This document shows, one piece after another, positions 19,162 through 29,950 of a stretch of DNA of 64,000 bases. The DNA lies in NCBI GenBank assembly GCA_965372795.1, contig CBDVDR010000006.1, positions 97,076 to 161,075 on the forward strand. The letters are read 5' to 3'. Made by a program: the position numbers and the translations under genes. Every line of letters begins with the position of its first letter. The first letter of the stretch is position 1. A model generated the notes under the pieces. That model saw nothing but the letters and a program-made list of their open reading frames with translations, was not told the DNA's origin and ran no database searches. Source of the stretch: an uncultured bacterium (GTDB taxonomy: Bacteria > Zixibacteria > MSB-5A5 > GN15 > FEB-12).

Positions 19162-20412
19162 CTATTCGTAATGAAGAGCTGCGATAGGATCAAGCAACGA
19201 TGCTTTGTATGCAGGATATATTCCTGAAATTAATCCAACAGAGACCGAGACAGTAAATCCAACAATAATCCAAAAAATAGATATCGTAACCGGAAAACCA
19301 AGCAATGAATTGATTGACATGCCGGCAATAAGTCCAAAAATTACGCCTATTACTCCACCGGCTGCAGATAATGTCACAGCTTCGGTTAAAAATTGAATAA
19401 TTATGTTAGATCGCTTAGCTCCAATTGCCTTCCTAATACCTATTTCCCGCGTTCTTTCAGTGACCGAGACCAGCATGATATTCATAACTCCAATGCCCCC
19501 AACCAGAAGCCCGACAGAAGTTATCAGAATCATTGCCATGTAGATATAGTTAGTAATATTAGATACGTAATCCTTGAAATTATCCTGAGTAGATATTGCA
19601 AAGTTATTACCTTTGTTAAAAGGTACTTTACGATAAACTCGCAGAGCACTGATAAGTTCTTCTTTGGCAAGTTCTATATTTTCAAATAAATCAGCTTTAG
19701 TGATAAGAAATAATTCTTCTTCCCAGGGATGAATCTTTTCAAAAGTAGATAATGGCATTATAATTTGGTTGTTCTCTCCATCATTATCAAAGTTTGATTC
19801 TTTCTTTTCGAAAACACCAATAACCTCAAATTTATTTCCGTTTGCCCTAATCTCTTTTCCAATAGGGTTCTCCCCTTCAAACAATCCTTCAACAACGTCA
19901 TCACCTATCACACAGACCATCGCTCGAAACTGTAGATCAGTTGAATTTAAAAATCGCCCTTTAGCCAGAGTTGAGTTATTGACTTTCATATAATCGGGCC
20001 AGGTCCCCATCAGAGCAGGCCGGTTGGCTTTTCGGTTTTTATATTTAACTACATTACCACCACGGTTAAAATAATAATTTTGGGGAGAGACCCCATCTAT
20101 GTGAGGACAGTTCTCAACTATTACCTTAGCTTCACCGATTGTAATCGGAGGGCGGTTTCGATCCTCTTCAGAAAGCTGACCTCTGTCAACATCAAAAGGA
20201 TGTTTTGTAATCATTATGGTATTTGAGCCGATACTGTCAATCTCTTCATTAAACGCACCATCGAGCCCATTAACAATTGACGCCAGTCCGATTACGGAAC
20301 TAACTCCGATCATAACACCCAGAATAGTTAATCCCGAACGCATCTTACTTGCTCTTAATGACGAGAGAGCCATCAAAATTGCTTCTTTTATTTCAATAGG
20401 AGTTAATACCAT
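19162..20412 (-). CDS. MacB/YknZ-type ABC permease (FtsX domain)
   Basis: RSGLTILGVMIGVSSV; GGIGVMNIMLVSVTERTREIGIRKAIGA. Confidence 0.92.
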   Translation of the reverse strand: MVLTPIEIKEAILMALSSLRASKMRSGLTILGVMIGVSSVIGLASIVNGLDGAFNEEIDSIGSNTIMITKHPFDVDRGQLSEEDRNRPPITIGEAKVIVENCPHIDGVSPQNYYFNRGGNVVKYKNRKANRPALMGTWPDYMKVNNSTLAKGRFLNSTDLQFRAMVCVIGDDVVEGLFEGENPIGKEIRANGNKFEVIGVFEKKESNFDNDGENNQIIMPLSTFEKIHPWEEELFLITKADLFENIELAKEELISALRVYRKVPFNKGNNFAISTQDNFKDYVSNITNYIYMAMILITSVGLLVGGIGVMNIMLVSVTERTREIGIRKAIGAKRSNIIIQFLTEAVTLSAAGGVIGVIFGLIAGMSINSLLGFPVTISIFWIIVGFTVSVSVGLISGIYPAYKASLLDPIAALHYE

Positions 20413-20415
20413 TTT

Positions 20416-21639
20416 TTACTCATAACTCAAAGCTTTAATAGGGTCCAACCGGGCAGCTTTCATAGCCGGATATATTCCAAAAACTACGCCAATTCCGATA
20501 GATATAACAAGGCCGGCAGTAATAGCAAACACCGAAGGTTGAATTTGCATATCAATCATATTAACCAGTGATCTAGCAATCAAATAGCCGAAAACAATGC
20601 CGGCAACACCTCCTGTAAATGTAGTCATAAGAGCTTCAATCAAAAATTGCCCGAGAATATGTGACTGTTTTGCACCAATCGCCTTTCGGATGCCAATCTC
20701 CCGTGTCCTTTCGGTAACCGAAACCATCATAATATTCATAACGACAATCCCGCCTACAACAAGTGAAATCGAAGAAATCCCAACCAATCCAAGACGGAAT
20801 ATTTTGGTAATGGAATTTAACTGTTCCAGAATTGCATCAGCAGTAATTAGTGAAAAGTCATCCGGTTTATTATATGGGACATGACGGTTCGATCTTAAAA
20901 CCATCCGTACCTGATCCATTGTTTCATCTAATACTTCAACCGATCTTGCTTTGACTAATATTGAGGAAAACCGGCCTGGTTGACCAAACTGCTTGATATG
21001 AGCGGTAAGAGGAATCACACAAAAGCTATCACGATTCTGACCAAACATAGAACCTTGTTTATTCGCAACCCCGATTACAGTGTATTTTTGCCCATCTAAT
21101 TTTATTGTTTTACCAATCGGGTCTATGCCTTCAAAGAAAGTTTCCCGTAATAATTCTCCAATAAATACTACATGACGCTTCTCAAAATCATCTCCGGGAG
21201 CATGAAATCTCCCTTGTTCCACTTCAAAATCAACAATATCAATAAAATTGGATGTCGATCCGATTACGAAAACATTTTTTAATGATTGTGAACCATATTT
21301 TATCTGGGCATTATTAAAACTGCGAGGACAGATTTTCTCACAAAGGTTGCAGGATTCATCGATTTCATCAACCAGATCAATGTCAATCGGCTTACGTTTC
21401 ATCATTTCAAGATATTCTTCTTCAGAGGTTACAACCCCGTCAAAGGCTGCAATTATAAATGTTGACGGACCTAACTTATCAAGTTGCGCCTCGACGCCGT
21501 CCATCATTCCCTCAAGGGCTGATATAATAGTCATAACCGAGGTTACACCGATGATTACACCCAACAATGTTAAAGAGGTGCGAAGTCGATTTGCTAATAA
21601 AGCAAGTAAGGCAATTTTTGAAAGTGCGCCTGTTATCAT
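20416..21639 (-). CDS. MacB/YknZ-type ABC permease (FtsX domain)
   Basis: Same motifs as the neighbouring permease. Start moved to ATG 21639, directly after the ATPase stop. Confidence 0.9.
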   Translation of the reverse strand: MITGALSKIALLALLANRLRTSLTLLGVIIGVTSVMTIISALEGMMDGVEAQLDKLGPSTFIIAAFDGVVTSEEEYLEMMKRKPIDIDLVDEIDESCNLCEKICPRSFNNAQIKYGSQSLKNVFVIGSTSNFIDIVDFEVEQGRFHAPGDDFEKRHVVFIGELLRETFFEGIDPIGKTIKLDGQKYTVIGVANKQGSMFGQNRDSFCVIPLTAHIKQFGQPGRFSSILVKARSVEVLDETMDQVRMVLRSNRHVPYNKPDDFSLITADAILEQLNSITKIFRLGLVGISSISLVVGGIVVMNIMMVSVTERTREIGIRKAIGAKQSHILGQFLIEALMTTFTGGVAGIVFGYLIARSLVNMIDMQIQPSVFAITAGLVISIGIGVVFGIYPAMKAARLDPIKALSYE

Positions 21640-21640
21640 T

Positions 21641-22348
21641 TTATTGAACGCCGTTTCTAATGTCCTTAGATACGATCGTATCACTATCAATTTTACCATC
21701 AAGAATTGAAAGAACCCGGTCGGCTTGATTTGCAATAGACTGTTCATGTGTCACAACTATAATAGTGTTACCCTGGTCGTGAAGGTCATTAAACAGTTTC
21801 ATGATTTCAACCGAAGTTTTACTGTCCAGGTTTCCGGTTGGTTCATCAGCTAATATTAACGATGGATTATTAACTAAGGCTCTTGCAATCGCAACTCTTT
21901 GTCTTTGACCTCCGGAAAGTTCACTTGGTTTGTGAGTAATTCGATCAGAAAGTTCAACCTTTTCTAAAGCTAATTTTGCGAGATGATCACGTTCATCAGT
22001 CTGAGTGCCATTATATATTAAAGGCAGCTCGACATTATGGAGGGCTGTTGCCCTTGGCAAGAGATTAAATGTCTGAAAGACAAAACCAATTTCCCTATTT
22101 CGAATATTAGCCAGTTCATCATCATTCATAGAGCTGACACTTTTATCATTCAGGAAATATTCCCCTTTGGAAGGGGTGTCAAGGCAGCCGATAAGGTTCA
22201 TCAAAGTTGATTTACCTGAACCGGATGGTCCCATAATTGCAACATACTCACCTTTTTCAATTTTGATTGTGACACCACTGAGAGCATGAACATTTTCAGT
22301 TCCCATAGTGTAGGTTTTCCAGATATCTTTTGTTTCTATAAGAGTCAT
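21641..22348 (-). CDS. ABC transporter ATP-binding protein (MacB/LolD/YknY-type)
   Basis: [35 protein letters not shown]. Start moved to ATG 22348. Confidence 0.95.
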   Translation of the reverse strand: MTLIETKDIWKTYTMGTENVHALSGVTIKIEKGEYVAIMGPSGSGKSTLMNLIGCLDTPSKGEYFLNDKSVSSMNDDELANIRNREIGFVFQTFNLLPRATALHNVELPLIYNGTQTDERDHLAKLALEKVELSDRITHKPSELSGGQRQRVAIARALVNNPSLILADEPTGNLDSKTSVEIMKLFNDLHDQGNTIIVVTHEQSIANQADRVLSILDGKIDSDTIVSKDIRNGVQ

Positions 22349-22349
22349 G

Positions 22350-23654
22350 TTATTTCTCAGATTTCTTTTTTTCAATTTCTACTAGTTCACCATCTTTTAT
22401 TGAACGTAATACCCGATATGGACCGGATACAACTGAATCTCCTTCAGCAATACCGTTCAATATTTCAATATTCTTTTTATCTGCAATTCCAGTTTTAATT
22501 TCAACAAATTGAGCCAAACCGTCTTTTATAACAAAAACACCTTTCAAATCCAGAGCTTTTTCATCAGAATCCTGTTTACTTTCAACTGATTCATTTTCCG
22601 CGGCATGGACATCAGTCGCCGTCAATGGAGAATCATTTGAAGTTTCGCCACTTCTCGCCAGTAACAAAGAGTCCATATCATAATTACGAAACACAACCGA
22701 GCTATATGGAATAGAAAGAGCATTGTCGCTTTTATTTGTTGTAACTTCAACCGTTGCAGACATTCCCGGTCGAATTTTTACATTTGGATCGTTAAATACT
22801 ACTTTCACCAAAAAGTTAGTTGATTGATTCTGTGTTCCACCACCTAAGATAGCAGTATTTCCAATTTCCACAACTTCTCCCGAAAATACTGTATCAGGGA
22901 AGGCATCTACTTCTATTTCAACTTCCTGTTTTAATTCAATTTTGTTTATTTCGGTTTCATCAATTTCAACTTCAACTTCAAAGACCGAAAGATCGGAAAT
23001 TGTCATTAAGGTTCTGCCTTGAGTAAAAGCAGTTTGAGCAGCTGCAATTTCTCCAACTTCACAATCTAAAAATGTAATTATTCCATTCATTGGCGGGACG
23101 ATTACAGCTTTACTAAGATTATCAAGCTGTTTTGCATATCTTGCCTCGGATTGAGACTTCTGAGCCTGAGTAGCTTCATAATTAGCCTTACTGTTCAAAT
23201 ATGTGTATTTAGCATTATTGAAAACAACTTCAGGAATTTGTTCTTTTTCAAACAGCTTTTTCTGGATTTCAAAGTCTTCTTCTGCTTTTTGCAGTGAAGC
23301 TTTAAAGCCGGTCAAACGTGCTTTGACTTCACTTAAAGCATACCTTGCCTGGTCTACATCCGATCTCAACTGAACGGTATCCAGCACAACCAAAAGGTCA
23401 CCTTTATTGACATAGTCACCTTCGCTAACATATAGACTGATAATTTCGCCAGTTATTTCTGATGTAATATCAACTTTAGTTTGAGGTTGAATTCTGCCGG
23501 AGGCTGAAACCGTTTCAATAAGTTTCCGACTATCGGCTGCTTCAGCATTTACTTTTGTCGCTTTATCGGTATTGGTAGTAAAGTTCAATACGATAATAGC
23601 CACGATCAGAATTCCGATGCCTCCGAATGTCAATATTTTTTTCTTCTTATTCAT
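22350..23654 (-). CDS. efflux periplasmic adaptor (MacA/YknX-type)
   Basis: N-terminal anchor; [19 protein letters not shown], coiled coil, [11 protein letters not shown]. Confidence 0.92.
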   Translation of the reverse strand: MNKKKKILTFGGIGILIVAIIVLNFTTNTDKATKVNAEAADSRKLIETVSASGRIQPQTKVDITSEITGEIISLYVSEGDYVNKGDLLVVLDTVQLRSDVDQARYALSEVKARLTGFKASLQKAEEDFEIQKKLFEKEQIPEVVFNNAKYTYLNSKANYEATQAQKSQSEARYAKQLDNLSKAVIVPPMNGIITFLDCEVGEIAAAQTAFTQGRTLMTISDLSVFEVEVEIDETEINKIELKQEVEIEVDAFPDTVFSGEVVEIGNTAILGGGTQNQSTNFLVKVVFNDPNVKIRPGMSATVEVTTNKSDNALSIPYSSVVFRNYDMDSLLLARSGETSNDSPLTATDVHAAENESVESKQDSDEKALDLKGVFVIKDGLAQFVEIKTGIADKKNIEILNGIAEGDSVVSGPYRVLRSIKDGELVEIEKKKSEK

Positions 23655-23713
23655 TATACAACCTTATTATTCCCTTCATTTCGATTAGCTTTAGGGATTG
23701 TATTATCTTTCAT

Positions 23714-25036
23714 TTAGTTATAAATCTTACCCATTGATTTTTCAATTTTTGCAACCGCAAGGTTTAGATCAAACTCTGCCTTAATCAATGAGACTTGAGC
23801 TTCTTTCAAAGAGACCTGGGCATTCAGCAGATCCAAAATTGTTGCTGCTCCAAGATCGTATTTTTCCTGGGTAATACGCAAATCCTCAACAGATGCATCA
23901 ACATTTTCCTGTGAAACAGTTTTCTGTTCTTGAAGTCTTTCAATATCGAGAAAGGCTGTTTTGATATCTTTAACCAGCCAGTTTTTTGAATCTGAATAGT
24001 TTGCTCTGGCATTGTTCAGCTTTATCTTGGCTGAACTAATATTTCTTTCACGGCTAAAACCATCAAAAATATTCCAGGAAATCTGAAATCCATATGATCT
24101 AGAATTTGAGCTTGAAGTTATCAAAGTTGGGTCACCATAACTTTGAGGTCCGATTCCTTCTGAATGTCGGTAAGAAGCATTGAGACTTAGCTTTGGTAAA
24201 TATTCAGCTTTTCTTGATTTTAAACCATACTTTGAAGCATCAACCTCTTTTTTAGCAGACAACAAGAACGGTGTATTTTGAAAAGCATAGCTCAGTGCTT
24301 CATCCATCGTACCATTATAAATCGATTCAATATATTTTGGAGAAAAACTTACATCACTTTTTGGATCCACACCAATAGTATAGGCAAGCGCTGCTTTGGA
24401 ATTTGTTACGGCATTTTCTCCTGACAATAAAGTAAGCCGGTCACGACCAAATTGCACTTTTTGTTTTAAGACATCAGATTTTGCAGCCGATCCAAGTTCA
24501 AATCTCGACTCAATTAATTTTAACTGTTCTTCACTTCTCTTAACAGCTTCCTTTTGAACTTCAACATTTTCAACCGAGGCCAAATACGCATAATAAGAAG
24601 TTTTAACAGCATAAATTAAATCCAGTTCAGAATTTAGTACATTTAGCCTGGCTTTTTCCTGATCTACTTTTGATCCGATGTAATTAAACCATGACGGGAT
24701 ATTAATTCCCCACATATTTGCTGAAATACTTAAAAATTTATCAGATCTGTCTTCCTGATCGCCAAAAGAAATATCACCAATTTCCAAATCAGTTGTTTTC
24801 GATTTTGTGTATGAATATGAAGTATTAATTCCCGGTAAAAAAGCGCCCAACGCCGCTCTTTTATTATCATTTGAACGAGTTAATTCACCTCGGACAGCAA
24901 CAATGGAAGCTCGGTTTTTGAGGGCTAAATCAATACAATCATCAAGCGTTAATTGTTCAGCCTGGACAACATTCGAAAATAACAAACCTATAATCAGGGT
25001 TAAAAGTGTAATAGTTTTAATCGTGACAGATCTCAT
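23714..25036 (-). CDS. TolC-family outer-membrane efflux protein
   Basis: LTLDDCIDLALKN; RFELGSAAKSDVL; KYDLGAATILDLLNAQ. Confidence 0.92.
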   Translation of the reverse strand: MRSVTIKTITLLTLIIGLLFSNVVQAEQLTLDDCIDLALKNRASIVAVRGELTRSNDNKRAALGAFLPGINTSYSYTKSKTTDLEIGDISFGDQEDRSDKFLSISANMWGINIPSWFNYIGSKVDQEKARLNVLNSELDLIYAVKTSYYAYLASVENVEVQKEAVKRSEEQLKLIESRFELGSAAKSDVLKQKVQFGRDRLTLLSGENAVTNSKAALAYTIGVDPKSDVSFSPKYIESIYNGTMDEALSYAFQNTPFLLSAKKEVDASKYGLKSRKAEYLPKLSLNASYRHSEGIGPQSYGDPTLITSSSNSRSYGFQISWNIFDGFSRERNISSAKIKLNNARANYSDSKNWLVKDIKTAFLDIERLQEQKTVSQENVDASVEDLRITQEKYDLGAATILDLLNAQVSLKEAQVSLIKAEFDLNLAVAKIEKSMGKIYN

Positions 25037-25051
25037 ATAAAACTCCTTAAG

Positions 25052-25768
25052 TTAAAACAGTGCCATCACTGCAGTAAAAAGTACTTGCAAAATAGATAAC
25101 ATTCCTATTGATAGGACAGACAAGACATACCCTTTGTTGCGTGGTACATTATAAATTACTGATAATCCGATACCAACAACGATAATTTCCCATATAATAA
25201 ATAAATCAATTTTAGATAATGCGATATACATCAACGATTGAGGACCTTCACCAGCGGCTAAAATTCCAAGTGATAATGATGTTAAAAGACTTCCTTTGGC
25301 AAGCATCATTGGTAAAACTATTATTCTACCAATTATAAATAATACTTCGCCATATAACATCACAGAGAGTAATTGTTTGAAGTTCGCTTTCCCACCATAT
25401 ACAAAATTACCCCAGAAAAGAGCTAAGGCTGCCGCAATTAACGGAGTTAATCCCAGAGCAATCGGTCCGAGAATGAGAGTTGTCATTCTCATAGCAGTTT
25501 TAATCTGATCTGTAATTGGAGCACCCTGCAGTCGTTCCTGCATTTCCGGCATCGAAAGCTGCATTTCAACAACCATATCAACTATTGTATAAAAGAATGC
25601 TATACCGATACCAATGATAAAAATATATGGAATTAGAATTTTCGGATTATCTTTTAGATAAGCGAAAAATTCAGAAGGTTTTGTCATCACTTCATATAAT
25701 CCCTGAAATGATGAACTTTTTGGAGCTATCGTTTCCTCAACAACAGCCTGATTATTTTCGTTTTCCAT
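25052..25768 (-). CDS. Yip1/YknW-family membrane protein
   Basis: KPSEFF..L...P N-terminus followed by about five TM helices; first gene of the efflux operon. Confidence 0.8.
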   Translation of the reverse strand: MENENNQAVVEETIAPKSSSFQGLYEVMTKPSEFFAYLKDNPKILIPYIFIIGIGIAFFYTIVDMVVEMQLSMPEMQERLQGAPITDQIKTAMRMTTLILGPIALGLTPLIAAALALFWGNFVYGGKANFKQLLSVMLYGEVLFIIGRIIVLPMMLAKGSLLTSLSLGILAAGEGPQSLMYIALSKIDLFIIWEIIVVGIGLSVIYNVPRNKGYVLSVLSIGMLSILQVLFTAVMALF

Positions 25769-25796
25769 TTATCTCTCCCTCAGTTCTTAAATTTAG

Positions 25797-25823
25797 TTAC
25801 GTTTTTTTATAAAAATAGTTTCA
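25797..25823 (-). promoter_or_regulatory. ECF (SigW-like) promoter of the Yip1-TolC-MFP-ABC operon
   Basis: Minus strand TGAAAC-N16-CGTAA, 28 nt upstream of the ATG at 25768. Confidence 0.7.
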
Positions 25824-25893
25824 GAATCATATATTAGTTTTAAATTATTACAATCGAATGAGTGAAATATTCAGATAAAACGCAAGAAATTAT

Positions 25894-25929
25894 AAAAAAA
25901 AGGTACAGTAGTCAAATACTGTACCTTTT
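25894..25929 (-). terminator. terminator of hppA
   Basis: AAAAGGTACAGTA...TACTGTACCTTTT inverted repeat; the A-run is a U-tract on the minus strand. Confidence 0.8.
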
Positions 25930-25948
25930 AAACCGTTATTTTTTAGTC

Positions 25949-27949
25949 TTAATTAAAAAGATATGGACCAACGACTAATGATACAATTGCCATTAGTTTG
26001 ATCAAAATATTCATAGCCGGACCAGATGTATCCTTGAAAGGATCACCAACAGTATCACCAACGACAGCCGCTTTATGAGCGTCGGAGCCTTTACCGCCAT
26101 GGGCACCGGATTCAATATATTTTTTCGCATTATCCCAGGCACCGCCGGCATTTGCCATCATCAGCGCCAACATAACACCAGACATTGTAGCACCGGCAAG
26201 CATGCCGCCTAAGCCTTCTTTACCAAGCAACAAACCAATAACAATCGGTGAAAGAATCGCTGTAACACCGGGGGCTACCATCTGAGCCAGAGCGCCCTTA
26301 GTTGCAATATCAACACAGCGACCGGTATCAGGCTTGGCTTTTCCTTCCATCAATCCGGTTATTTCGCGGAATTGACGACGGACTTCCTCAACCATTTGAG
26401 CGGCGGCTTTTCCAACCGCAGTCATTGTTAAGGAGGCTACAAAGAACGGCAGAACACCGCCGAGGAAAAATCCAATAACAACTTTCGGCTCAAGAATATT
26501 TATTACCGTTAAGTTAACGGCTGAAGAATATGCTGAAAAAAGTGCTAAGGCTGTTAAGGCAGCAGAACCAATCGCAAATCCTTTACCGATAGCGGCTGTG
26601 GTATTGCCAAGAGAATCAAGTTTATCGGTAATCGCACGAACTTCTGGTCCTAAGCCAGCCATTTCAGAGATACCACCGGCGTTATCAGCAATCGGTCCAT
26701 AGGCATCAACAGACATTGTGACGCCAATAGTACCTAACATGCCTACTCCGGCAATACCGATACCGTATAAGCCGGCAAAGGAATAACCTACATAAATTGC
26801 AATACAAATTACAATTACCGGGAATAAAACTGATTCCATTCCTACGGCAAGACCGGAGATAATATTTGTTGCCGAACCGGTTTCTGAAGATTTAGCAATT
26901 TTTCTAATCGGACCTGCAGCAGTATAGTATTCAGTCAGTAAGCCTAAAATAATACCTGCAACATTACCGCCAATAATTGCCCAAAAAACATTTCTATCAA
27001 TTTTTAACCATTCAATAATATAAAATGATCCTATCAGCATAACTAAGGCACCTACGTAAGTGACGAGTCTTAACGCCGAAGCAGGATTCATACTTGAGAA
27101 AACACGAACTGACAAAATACCGAGCATTGAAGCAATCGCTCCAAAGGCTACGATTAAAAGCGGCAGTTCCATGTAAGCCATACGGTTGGCCATAATGACA
27201 TCTGATAATGTTCCGGAAGTAATTGTTGCTGCAATTGCAAAAGTTGCAATTATTGAACCAACATAAGATTCAAAAAGATCGGCCCCCATACCGGCAGTAT
27301 CACCAACATTATCTCCAACATTGTCAGCGATAACAGCAGGGTTCCGAGGATCATCTTCCGGAATCCCAGCTTCTACTTTTCCTACAAGGTCAGCACCGAC
27401 ATCAGCAGCTTTGGTAAAGATACCGCCACCTACACGGGCAAACAGAGCGATTGACGATGCTCCCATTGCAAAACCGTTAATGGTAGAAGCAGTTGCCGGA
27501 TCACCTCCGAAGAAATAATAGACAACGCCAACGCCGATCAATCCAAGCGAGGCGACTGACATCCCCATTACAGCACCGCCTGAAAATGCGATGGACAATG
27601 CCATTGCTTGACCGGAATCTTTTGCGGCTGCAGTAGTACGAACATTAGAACGAGTAGCTGCTTTCATTCCAAAAAAGCCAGCCAACATCGAACAACCGGT
27701 ACCGCCTAAAAAGGCGTATCCGGTATGCAGTGAAATTTTCCATGATAATAAAGCAAAAACAATAACAATAAATATTGCTAAGATTGAGTATTCTCGTTTT
27801 AAAAATACCATTGCTCCATCATGAATTGTTTCAGAAATTTCTCTCATTAGATCTGATCCGGTTGGTTTTCTTTTGATCCAGAAAAAGAGGATCAAGGCAA
27901 AAAGAAGCCCAACCAGGCCAATTACGGCTGATAATAAGCCAGAATTCAT
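25949..27949 (-). CDS. hppA: membrane-integral pyrophosphatase, K+-dependent, probably Na+-translocating
   Basis: [53 protein letters not shown]. Confidence 0.95.
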   Translation of the reverse strand: MNSGLLSAVIGLVGLLFALILFFWIKRKPTGSDLMREISETIHDGAMVFLKREYSILAIFIVIVFALLSWKISLHTGYAFLGGTGCSMLAGFFGMKAATRSNVRTTAAAKDSGQAMALSIAFSGGAVMGMSVASLGLIGVGVVYYFFGGDPATASTINGFAMGASSIALFARVGGGIFTKAADVGADLVGKVEAGIPEDDPRNPAVIADNVGDNVGDTAGMGADLFESYVGSIIATFAIAATITSGTLSDVIMANRMAYMELPLLIVAFGAIASMLGILSVRVFSSMNPASALRLVTYVGALVMLIGSFYIIEWLKIDRNVFWAIIGGNVAGIILGLLTEYYTAAGPIRKIAKSSETGSATNIISGLAVGMESVLFPVIVICIAIYVGYSFAGLYGIGIAGVGMLGTIGVTMSVDAYGPIADNAGGISEMAGLGPEVRAITDKLDSLGNTTAAIGKGFAIGSAALTALALFSAYSSAVNLTVINILEPKVVIGFFLGGVLPFFVASLTMTAVGKAAAQMVEEVRRQFREITGLMEGKAKPDTGRCVDIATKGALAQMVAPGVTAILSPIVIGLLLGKEGLGGMLAGATMSGVMLALMMANAGGAWDNAKKYIESGAHGGKGSDAHKAAVVGDTVGDPFKDTSGPAMNILIKLMAIVSLVVGPYLFN

Positions 27950-28194
27950 TTAACTAATCTCCTGTCAAGATATTAGTGTTTAATAAGTTATACATTATTT
28001 CCACTTAAAATTTAGCTGAAAATATAGAGGCAGACCGACGTTTTTGCAAGATAAATTTTGGATTATTTAAGTATTATATTCCATTCATTCAGAGCCCGAT
28101 AAAGCGACCTGAACTATCTTGCTTTCAAAGACTTACCTTCACAGACATAAATCTCTCTTTTGTTTATTTTCATTAAAATAAAATAATTAGCAAT

Positions 28195-28223
28195 AAAAAA
28201 GCCGACATCTAAGGATGCCGGCT
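28195..28223 (-). terminator. terminator of the lipoprotein gene
   Basis: A6-GCCGACATC-TAAG-GATGCCGGC. Confidence 0.7.
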
Positions 28224-28243
28224 AAATATATTCTTGTCTAAAT

Positions 28244-29725
28244 TTAAAATCGTTCGATAAGAACTCTGATTTTTGGGAAGCCTCTATCAGCAGTTGCTGC
28301 ACCGGTCCAATTACGCATTGTCAGATTGTTTTGTAGGTTCACTTCAATTTCTGAACGCTTAGTTGGTAATGCGCGAATCATTACAAATAGTGGAAAGTTG
28401 GTCTTGTTATCAGGACTTTGCAAGGCAATCGGTTCAAGCGTAATAAATACCGTTCCCGTATTTCCTGTTGCGTTCGGTAAAAGATTGATCGGATCGGAGC
28501 CACCTGGCAAATTCTGGAAGAATTCATCTCCCGGATTTGGTGGTATCCTTAAAGATTTCACATAAAGATTAGCATCATCGGGACCATCAATTTCACTGAA
28601 TGTACCGGTTGTAATCAAACCACCAAAATCACCAGGGATTGTGATGAAGTTATGTGCAGTATCATTATAAGTCACACCCCATCCCGGAGGATTTAGTGTG
28701 CCATAAGAAGTATCAAGAAGTGGAGAAACAATCCAGCCTTTGTATTTCCAACCATATCTTTCTAAATTTGGTAAACGGAAAGCATCCTGACTGAAAGTGT
28801 CTGTAAATAGTTGTCTTGGAGTAGAATCAGGATATGGGACAGTTTGTAAATACCAGTCAATAATATATTCTTTTACAGAATCTCTAAATATTAAAGTGTC
28901 TGAATCGATATCAGAACTTAAATCAAGAGTATCGGTGAAAAGTTCGGACGTATATCTGGCAACAATCTGTGGAAGGGTATCAATACCAAAAACGCGTTGA
29001 ATGGTATCAATCCAAACTGAATCAATCGACTTCCGGCTGATTATAATTGTATCTTTATCGAATCTTTTCATTGTATCACGAATCACAAAACTATCAACAC
29101 GAACAGTATCTCTTAGAGAATCAAGATTACGACGATAATTAGCAAACCAGATACCATAGCCATTTGAACTAACATTACGAGTATTTTGGATTACACCAAG
29201 ATGCCCGCTCTTAATAAACGTGGAATCGTCTGATACTGTTTCCATGCTAAATCTAACAATTGCCGACCAAAGCGGAATCGTATCACTTATTTCAGGAAAT
29301 ACCATATCAATTGCATCAACAGACGGTTCAGTTGCATTGTCTATTAACATAATTGCTGAAGGTCGAGAAGGATTTGGATCCGGATATTTCTCTACAGAAA
29401 TAAAGACCGATCGGTACAACAGAAAATCATCCGATAATAAGAATCTATTTGAATCAGATTTTTCAGCACCAAATTCATCATAAAATTTGCGTAATTTATT
29501 GTTATATCCAAACTTACCCATTGAAACGGTATCGGAAGCATCAGCAACCCATAACTCATATTGCATTCCATCATAACTGCTGGGGAAATTCCAAACTTCA
29601 TCCAGATAAACATAAGTGTTTGAGACACGTACGAGAACATCTTCTGGTTGTGAACAGCCAACATAAATAGTAATTAAGGCGATTGCCAAACCAAAGAATG
29701 TCAATCGTTTATTGCGGTTAGTCAT
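28244..29725 (-). CDS. hypothetical lipoprotein with two related 'YxxW...GxF' half-domains and a D-S/T-rich central insert
   Basis: Lipobox-like IYVGC; QYELWV..SMGKF and KYKGWIV..TTGTF..DGPD..N..PPNPGDEF; GAGGAGG SD. Confidence 0.7.
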   Translation of the reverse strand: MTNRNKRLTFFGLAIALITIYVGCSQPEDVLVRVSNTYVYLDEVWNFPSSYDGMQYELWVADASDTVSMGKFGYNNKLRKFYDEFGAEKSDSNRFLLSDDFLLYRSVFISVEKYPDPNPSRPSAIMLIDNATEPSVDAIDMVFPEISDTIPLWSAIVRFSMETVSDDSTFIKSGHLGVIQNTRNVSSNGYGIWFANYRRNLDSLRDTVRVDSFVIRDTMKRFDKDTIIISRKSIDSVWIDTIQRVFGIDTLPQIVARYTSELFTDTLDLSSDIDSDTLIFRDSVKEYIIDWYLQTVPYPDSTPRQLFTDTFSQDAFRLPNLERYGWKYKGWIVSPLLDTSYGTLNPPGWGVTYNDTAHNFITIPGDFGGLITTGTFSEIDGPDDANLYVKSLRIPPNPGDEFFQNLPGGSDPINLLPNATGNTGTVFITLEPIALQSPDNKTNFPLFVMIRALPTKRSEIEVNLQNNLTMRNWTGAATADRGFPKIRVLIERF

Positions 29726-29950
29726 CTAAATAGGTCCTCCTCAGCATTTTGCCGGATTCGAAGTTCAAATATCCACCATAAATCCAAGACAAATAATAAA
29801 ATATATCGCCCTGTAGAGTCAAGTCTTTATTTCAGTCTTTTCAGTTATTATAGGACGTATCAGGATTTTAATCATCTAAAGAAAACCTCTCAACTGGTCG
29901 ATTATAAACATAATAGAAATAATTTAATTATTAAAGTATATGAGGTTGTC

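Noticed and set aside
27950..28190. Na+-sensing or other riboswitch upstream of hppA
   Set aside because: Only a weak hairpin (~28087-28112), lying upstream of the likely TTGCAA-N17-TATATT promoter; no aptamer consensus recognised.
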